Assembly: GCA_030605765.1 (NCBI GenBank)
Contig: JAUWHP010000033.1
Span: 7,812 to 71,811, forward strand
Source: Dehalococcoidia bacterium
GTDB taxonomy: Bacteria; Chloroflexota; Dehalococcoidia; GIF9; AB-539-J10
Length of the DNA stretch: 64,000 nt
Direction of reading: 5' to 3'
This document shows, piece after piece, positions 59,116-64,000 of this stretch. Position numbers and translations under genes: made by a program. How positions within the stretch are numbered: position 1 is the first letter of the stretch; the number at the start of each line of letters is the position of its first letter. The notes under the pieces are model-generated. The model made no database searches. It was not told where the DNA came from and worked only from the letters and a program-made list of their open reading frames with translations.

Positions 59116-59167
59116 CTTAACTCCTTTCGTTTCTTTTTGAGCCTGTGATGCTTTCCACAGTGGTAGT

Positions 59168-60358
59168 TCATGAACTTGGGTTGAATTTCTGGGCAGCCTT
59201 TCGGAAACCAGCCAGGGAACCTTTGATTGTCCTGTCATCAACACAGTACGATATGCGAAAATATCCGGGTGACCCAAAGCCGCGGCCGGGCACAGTCAGC
59301 ACCTTCATCTGTTGTAGCTCTCGCACAAAAGCAGCGTCATCTTTCAGAGGGGATTTGGGAAACATGTAAAAAGCCCCTTGAGGTTTTATTACTGAATAGC
59401 CCATCTTGGTAAGGCTGCTATACAGGAAATCTCTCTTTCTCTGATACTCGGCCACAGGTATGGTAACCTGCTGCAGGTGGCGTACTATGCGCTGCATCAA
59501 AGCTGGGGCATTGACATAGCCCAGCGTTCGGTTGCAGAAGGTAAGGCCATTTACTAGCTCCTGTTGCTGGTTACAGGCAGGACTCACGGCAATGTAGCCA
59601 ATACGTTCACCGGGTAGTGACAAATCCTTGGAGTGGGAAGTGGCGATAATACTGCGTGGATGATGCTGCAGAATTGATGGATATTTCAATCCGTCGTAGA
59701 TAATTCTGCGATAGGCTTCATCACTGATGAGAGAAATTTGTGTCTCGTATTGGGCTTCCTTTTTGCGAAGCATTTCTCCCAGCTGATGTAGAGAGTCCTC
59801 ACTATAGACAATGCCCGTAGGGTTGTTGGGGGAATTTATGATTACCGCTTTGGTTTTAGCTCCAATAGTAGGTTCGAGAGCACCGAGATTGATTGTGAAC
59901 TGCTCCCCTGCGGGCAGAATCCTGGCTACTCCGCCGTGGTTGTCAACATAGTTGATGTACTCCGCAAAATAAGGTGCGAATATAATAACCTCATCTCCCG
60001 GATTGAGTATTGTTTTCAGTACTACGTTCAATGCTCCTGCAGCCCCACAGGTCATGATAATATCGTTCATGGTGAACTTGAAACCGGTCTCCAGGGATAG
60101 CTGTTTGGCAACAGCCGCCCTTGTTTCGGCATAACCGGCATTTTCCATATATCTATGCATTCCTGGCAAGGGATGCTCTGCCAGATTTCTCAGCTCCTGG
60201 TGAAACTCAGCAGGCGGTTCAATTATCGGATTGCCTAGAGAAAGATCGAAGACATTCTCCTCACCATAGCGCTGTTTCAGGATAGTCCCTTCCTCAAACA
60301 TTCGTCTGATCCAGGATCCCTCAATTATGCCTTTCTGTATTTTCTCAGAGATGGACAC
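59168..60358 (-). CDS. PLP-dependent class I aminotransferase (aspartate/aromatic type)
   Basis: GTG start 60358; SWIRRMFE, NSPNNPTG, SDEAY, SKDLSLPGERIG. Confidence 0.93.
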   Translation of the reverse strand: MSISEKIQKGIIEGSWIRRMFEEGTILKQRYGEENVFDLSLGNPIIEPPAEFHQELRNLAEHPLPGMHRYMENAGYAETRAAVAKQLSLETGFKFTMNDIIMTCGAAGALNVVLKTILNPGDEVIIFAPYFAEYINYVDNHGGVARILPAGEQFTINLGALEPTIGAKTKAVIINSPNNPTGIVYSEDSLHQLGEMLRKKEAQYETQISLISDEAYRRIIYDGLKYPSILQHHPRSIIATSHSKDLSLPGERIGYIAVSPACNQQQELVNGLTFCNRTLGYVNAPALMQRIVRHLQQVTIPVAEYQRKRDFLYSSLTKMGYSVIKPQGAFYMFPKSPLKDDAAFVRELQQMKVLTVPGRGFGSPGYFRISYCVDDRTIKGSLAGFRKAAQKFNPSS

Positions 60359-60941
60359 TGCGCATTTCCTTTCTACCATTGCGGAAGGCGGTAATGTTGA
60401 TTTCACGGATATTTGGTGATAGGCGTTGGGAGATACCATCTTCCCAGGCATGGACTTCGAGAGGTACAAAAACTGAGGCAGTCCCCAGCATGAACATGTT
60501 GAGTGTTCTGATATTGCCCAGTTCTCTGGCCCGGCGTGTGGCATCGATGAAATAAATACGGTCTGTCTGCCGCTTCAGAATATCGGTTATCTCTTTATCG
60601 CTGGGGTATCGTTCGTTGCCCATATTGACGGATAACGGCGGGAGCGCCAGGTTATTGATAATCGCTATTCCTCCATGTCGGAGGTAGTAACACCACCTGG
60701 CCGCCTCCAACTTCTCAAAGGCGACCAGTATGTCGACATCGCCTTTCTTGATTAAGGGAGAGCAGACCCGCTGGCCTATTCGCACATGGCTTACCACACT
60801 GCCGCCTCGCTGTGCCATACCTAGGGTATCCGTTTTCTTAACATCGTATCCAGCAATTAAAGCTGCCTCGGCTATTATGTCAGTGGCTAGAACAATTCCC
60901 TGGCCTCCCACCCCGGTAACAAACATATCTAATTTCTTCAC
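60345..60941 (-). CDS. iorB: Indolepyruvate:ferredoxin oxidoreductase beta subunit
   Basis: GVGGQG, GMAQRGGSV, FEKLEA. Confidence 0.95.
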   Translation of the reverse strand: MKKLDMFVTGVGGQGIVLATDIIAEAALIAGYDVKKTDTLGMAQRGGSVVSHVRIGQRVCSPLIKKGDVDILVAFEKLEAARWCYYLRHGGIAIINNLALPPLSVNMGNERYPSDKEITDILKRQTDRIYFIDATRRARELGNIRTLNMFMLGTASVFVPLEVHAWEDGISQRLSPNIREINITAFRNGRKEMRSVHL

Positions 60942-62764
60942 AGTGATTTCGCGGCCTCAATCTTGGATTGCTGATCTATTGCCTGCCGGGGGCAAATCTG
61001 CTGACAAATTGTGCAGGCGGCACCCACACACATACTGGTGTCAATGTAAACTCGTTCTTTTTCCCTTTGAATAGCTGGGCAGCCAAGCTGGAGGCAAATG
61101 CCACACAGGTTGCATTTCTCAGTATCAATGGCCCTGGGCTCAGAGCGTGTCGGCACACGCACCGAACAGGCACCACGGGCTATAATGACCGACAATTCGG
61201 GGCTCTCTAGTGCGCTCTTGACAGCATTCCTCAGTTGTTTCATATTGAAGGCATCGACCACCTTGACATCGCTGACGCCGATACCCCGAACCAGTTGCTC
61301 TAGTTCCACTGCCTTGGTCTTTTTGCCTTGTGCTGAAATACCAGTGCCCGGGTGTTCCTGATGGCCAGTCATGGCAGTGGTGCCATTATCGAGGATTATG
61401 ATTGTTATCTGTCCTTTAGTGTAAACAGCGTTGACCAATCCGGTGATACCAGAATGCATGAAGGTAGAATCACCGATGATGGCTACCAATTTCTTTGCTA
61501 TACCAGCTTTCTCCATGCCCAGGGCGTTGCCAATGCTGGCACCCATACAGGCACAGGTGTCCATGGCATTGAGGGGGGGATAGGTGCCCAGGGTGTAGCA
61601 GCCAATATCTCCGGTTATGACCAGGCTCGATTCCTTCGGTGTCTTAACCCGGGATTTCATTGGTTTGGAACGCTGCCCGATACTGCTGAGCGTAAAGAAT
61701 ATGCCAGTATGTGGGCAGCCGGGGCATAAGAGGGGAGGGCGTTTGGGCAAATTCAGTGCTGTATCTTCCACATGCCGTGGTGAAGTTTCAGACAGTAACC
61801 CTGTGCGCTGGCCTCCTTTCTCAATAATATCCACGTTTAACTCACCTACCGCGGGGATGAATTCTTTCCCCGTAACTTTTATCCCCATGGCCTGGATATT
61901 TTCTTGCAGAAATGGGTCGAGTTCCTCTATGACTATTACCCTGTCCACTTGAGCGGCGAAACTAAGGAGTAAATTTTGGGGAAGGGGGTAGGTCATACCC
62001 AGTTTAAGAAAGGAGGCTTGAGGGAAGGCCTCTCTGGCATACTGGTAAGCAACGCCGCTGGTCACTATGCCAAGACGGTGTTCACCCCATAATGCCTGAT
62101 TAAAAGTGAAGGTCTCGGCATAAGCGGCTAGCTTGGCCAGGCGCTCCTCTATCAATGGATGTCTGAGCCGGGCATGAATCGGCAGCATGACATATTTTTT
62201 TGCAGCGTAGTGGAAATTTGCCTGCCTGGCTGGTGCCAATCTCTTCTGGTTCACCTCCACCACTGACTTTGAGTGGGAGATGCGAGTGGTGACGCGCACC
62301 AGCACGGGCGTGTCAAATTTTTCGCTGATGTCAAAAGCGTATGCCATAAGCTTATAGGCTTCCTGGCTATCGCTGGGCTCCAGCATAGGCACTTTGGCTA
62401 ATCTGGCATAGTGGCGGTTATCCTGCTCGTTCTGTGAGCTATGTATTCCCGGGTCATCGGCGCAGATTATAACCATCCCGGCATTGACCCCGGTTGTCGA
62501 GGCTGCCATAAAAGGGTCGCTGGCCACATTCAAGCCCACCTGTTTCAAAGACACCAGTGAGCGCACGCCAGCGTAGGCTGCCCCCATCGCCACCTCCATA
62601 GCTACCTTTTCATTTGTTGACCATTCGGCGTAGATGTCGTCGTGGCGAGCCAGAGATTCAAGTATTTCGGTGCTCGGGGTTCCGGGATAAGCGGTGGCTA
62701 TCTTTACGCCAGCATGGTAGGCCCCTAAGGCTAGAGCCTCGTTCCCGGATAGGAGTTTTATCAT
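60938..62764 (-). CDS. iorA: Indolepyruvate:ferredoxin oxidoreductase alpha subunit
   Basis: Start MIKLLSGNEA (62764); YPGTPSTE, CPGCPH, GDIGCY, GDST..HSG TPP motif, C-terminal ferredoxin. Confidence 0.97.
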   Translation of the reverse strand: MIKLLSGNEALALGAYHAGVKIATAYPGTPSTEILESLARHDDIYAEWSTNEKVAMEVAMGAAYAGVRSLVSLKQVGLNVASDPFMAASTTGVNAGMVIICADDPGIHSSQNEQDNRHYARLAKVPMLEPSDSQEAYKLMAYAFDISEKFDTPVLVRVTTRISHSKSVVEVNQKRLAPARQANFHYAAKKYVMLPIHARLRHPLIEERLAKLAAYAETFTFNQALWGEHRLGIVTSGVAYQYAREAFPQASFLKLGMTYPLPQNLLLSFAAQVDRVIVIEELDPFLQENIQAMGIKVTGKEFIPAVGELNVDIIEKGGQRTGLLSETSPRHVEDTALNLPKRPPLLCPGCPHTGIFFTLSSIGQRSKPMKSRVKTPKESSLVITGDIGCYTLGTYPPLNAMDTCACMGASIGNALGMEKAGIAKKLVAIIGDSTFMHSGITGLVNAVYTKGQITIIILDNGTTAMTGHQEHPGTGISAQGKKTKAVELEQLVRGIGVSDVKVVDAFNMKQLRNAVKSALESPELSVIIARGACSVRVPTRSEPRAIDTEKCNLCGICLQLGCPAIQREKERVYIDTSMCVGAACTICQQICPRQAIDQQSKIEAAKSL

Positions 62765-62898
62765 CTTCGCCAAATCATACCATAGCTTGCCTGTTAGAGA
62801 AACATAGATAAAAACAGAGAATAAACCCTTCGCCATATTGACAAACAGGTAAGCCATGTCCGCATAATATGGTCAAAGAATCTGGCTAGAAGGAGGTA

Positions 62899-63204
62899 GT
62901 GATGTCTGTTTATCTTATGCTTACCACTCTTACTGACAATGGCAGGGAAGCCGTTCAGGAAGACCCGGAGAGGCTCAGGGAAATTAATAAGGAGGTGGAG
63001 TATATGGGAATTAAGATACTGAGCCAGTATGCCCTTTTGGGTCAGTATGACTTCGTCAATATAGTCGAAGCTCCGAGCAATGAAGCTATGGCTAAGCTGG
63101 CAATAAGGTTGAGCGTTAAGGGAACCTTCCAAACCCTGACTCTGGCAGCAATTACTATCAAATCTCTAATTGCTGCTCTGAAGAAGCGGGAAAGTCCGTG
63201 GTAA
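62899..63204 (+). CDS. GYD domain protein
   Basis: YALLGQYDFV; AAGGAGG RBS. Confidence 0.88.
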   Translation: MMSVYLMLTTLTDNGREAVQEDPERLREINKEVEYMGIKILSQYALLGQYDFVNIVEAPSNEAMAKLAIRLSVKGTFQTLTLAAITIKSLIAALKKRESPW

Positions 63205-63353
63205 TTCATTTGATATCTTATGCTTTCCCGCACTGATGCCCAAAATTGATAGGGAGTAACCTGTGTTGCTCGTGACAAATTAGCCTTAAGCTCTTCACTA
63301 ATGAGGTTGACCAGAAGGTATTACCAAAGTTGCCTTGCTTTGTTGTTGATTCT

Positions 63354-63429
63354 TGGTGAGCCGTGAGGGAGTCGAACCCTCGACACCCTGATTAAAAGTC
63401 AGGTGCTCTACCAACTGAGCTAACGGCCC
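63354..63429 (-). tRNA. tRNA-Lys(TTT)
   Basis: Reverse strand GGGCCGT..., CCTGA-CTTTTAA-TCAGG, CCA end. Confidence 0.97.
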
Positions 63430-63485
63430 CTGATTTACGAGCTGTAGTTAAGAAAACTGCTGTGATGATACAGAATATGATTTTT

Positions 63486-63758
63486 CTATTCTGGTGTCAA
63501 AAGAGTAGAGATATAACAAGCAAACGCAGGATGAACATCACAGATATAGCCACCGTCAACGGCTTCAACAGAAAAAGCTACTCTGTTTGGTTTTCTAATC
63601 GGGTCACCAAATTTACTCAGCCCTGTTTCATCCCAGGGCATATTATGCCCTAATATCTCCAGAAAACCCTTCACATCTCTGGGATGGTCCAACATCACTT
63701 CAAAAGGAAGTTGCTGGGCTAACCCTGTTAGTTGTTCAGTTTTCAGTTTTACTCGCAT
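63486..63758 (-). CDS. Hypothetical protein
   Basis: 90 aa ORF preceded by minus-strand TTGACA and TATAAT. Confidence 0.6.
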   Translation of the reverse strand: MRVKLKTEQLTGLAQQLPFEVMLDHPRDVKGFLEILGHNMPWDETGLSKFGDPIRKPNRVAFSVEAVDGGYICDVHPAFACYISTLLTPE

Positions 63759-63819
63759 ACGTAGTGAAGATTATACTTTGGTAGATGCAGAGTGTCAACA
63801 GAAGCTCTTCCATAGATTT

Positions 63820-64000
63820 TTATGTTCTCCGCCAGCTCAGAACGGCTAGAGTGCTAAGGCCAACGCCCGCAATTATTGCTCCATGCCAGCCAAGCAGACA
63901 CAGGCTGGTGACAATTGCCCCTGCAATGATTATCCCTGTAAGAATAGATAGAAAGGCATATCTGAATCTTAAGCCGAGCAAGAAAGCGGCAATAGACCCG
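63820..64000 (-). CDS. 3' end of a membrane protein, probably small multi-drug export (COG2426) family; truncated at window edge
   Basis: GSIAAFLLGLRFRYAFLSILTGIIIAGAIVT translated manually. Confidence 0.65.
   Translation of the reverse strand, partial: GSIAAFLLGLRFRYAFLSILTGIIIAGAIVTSLCLLGWHGAIIAGVGLSTLAVLSWRRT

Noticed and set aside
59116..62857. Long N-terminal extensions listed for PaaI, aminotransferase and IorA (also GatB)
   Set aside because: They overlap neighbouring genes or promoters; family homology begins at downstream starts
1..64000. CRISPR array, rRNA, integrase or transposase
   Set aside because: No regularly spaced direct repeats, rRNA motifs or recombinase/transposase ORFs seen

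Overview
A gene-dense 64 kb chromosomal segment from an anaerobic bacterium. Gene content and style (guaB3, stand-alone gatB-secG, trpB2, iorAB, apparently leaderless promoters) suggest Chloroflexota/Dehalococcoidia; this assignment is inference. Most of it is housekeeping: two ClpC-type ATPases, leuS, proC, coaD, rsmD, radA, fused ispDF, gatB, metG, ftsH, ndk, tsaBE, thiL, rpsF-ssb-rpsR-rpmH-rnpA-yidD-yidC-jag-ileS, an HtrA protease and 9 tRNAs. Two accessory blocks stand out. (1) A ~7.3 kb, 16-ORF operon (16330-23607) lies behind a near-consensus promoter and a 24-bp operator-like palindrome. It encodes a DUF134 regulator, several Gly/Arg/Met/aromatic low-complexity DUF5320-type proteins, two NifX-like proteins, Zn-ribbons, two ferredoxin-inserted MinD ATPases, an Mrp lacking its CxxC, IscU, a ferredoxin and TrmO. 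Four of these proteins share a C-terminal coiled-coil tag, making this the best candidate for an uncharacterised metallocluster scaffold system. (2) An aromatic-acid block (47419-62764) has a Trp T-box-controlled trpB2, an ABC importer with two acyl-CoA ligases, PaaI, an aminotransferase and iorAB. The window also shows gene decay (a leuS 5' duplicate, an internally deleted plsX, a pRiA4b-ORF3 fragment), degenerate REP-like repeats (one forming the IspD-IspF linker), an IleRS with a GIHH motif and a probable CTG start for rsfS. No CRISPR, rRNA, integrase or transposase was seen.
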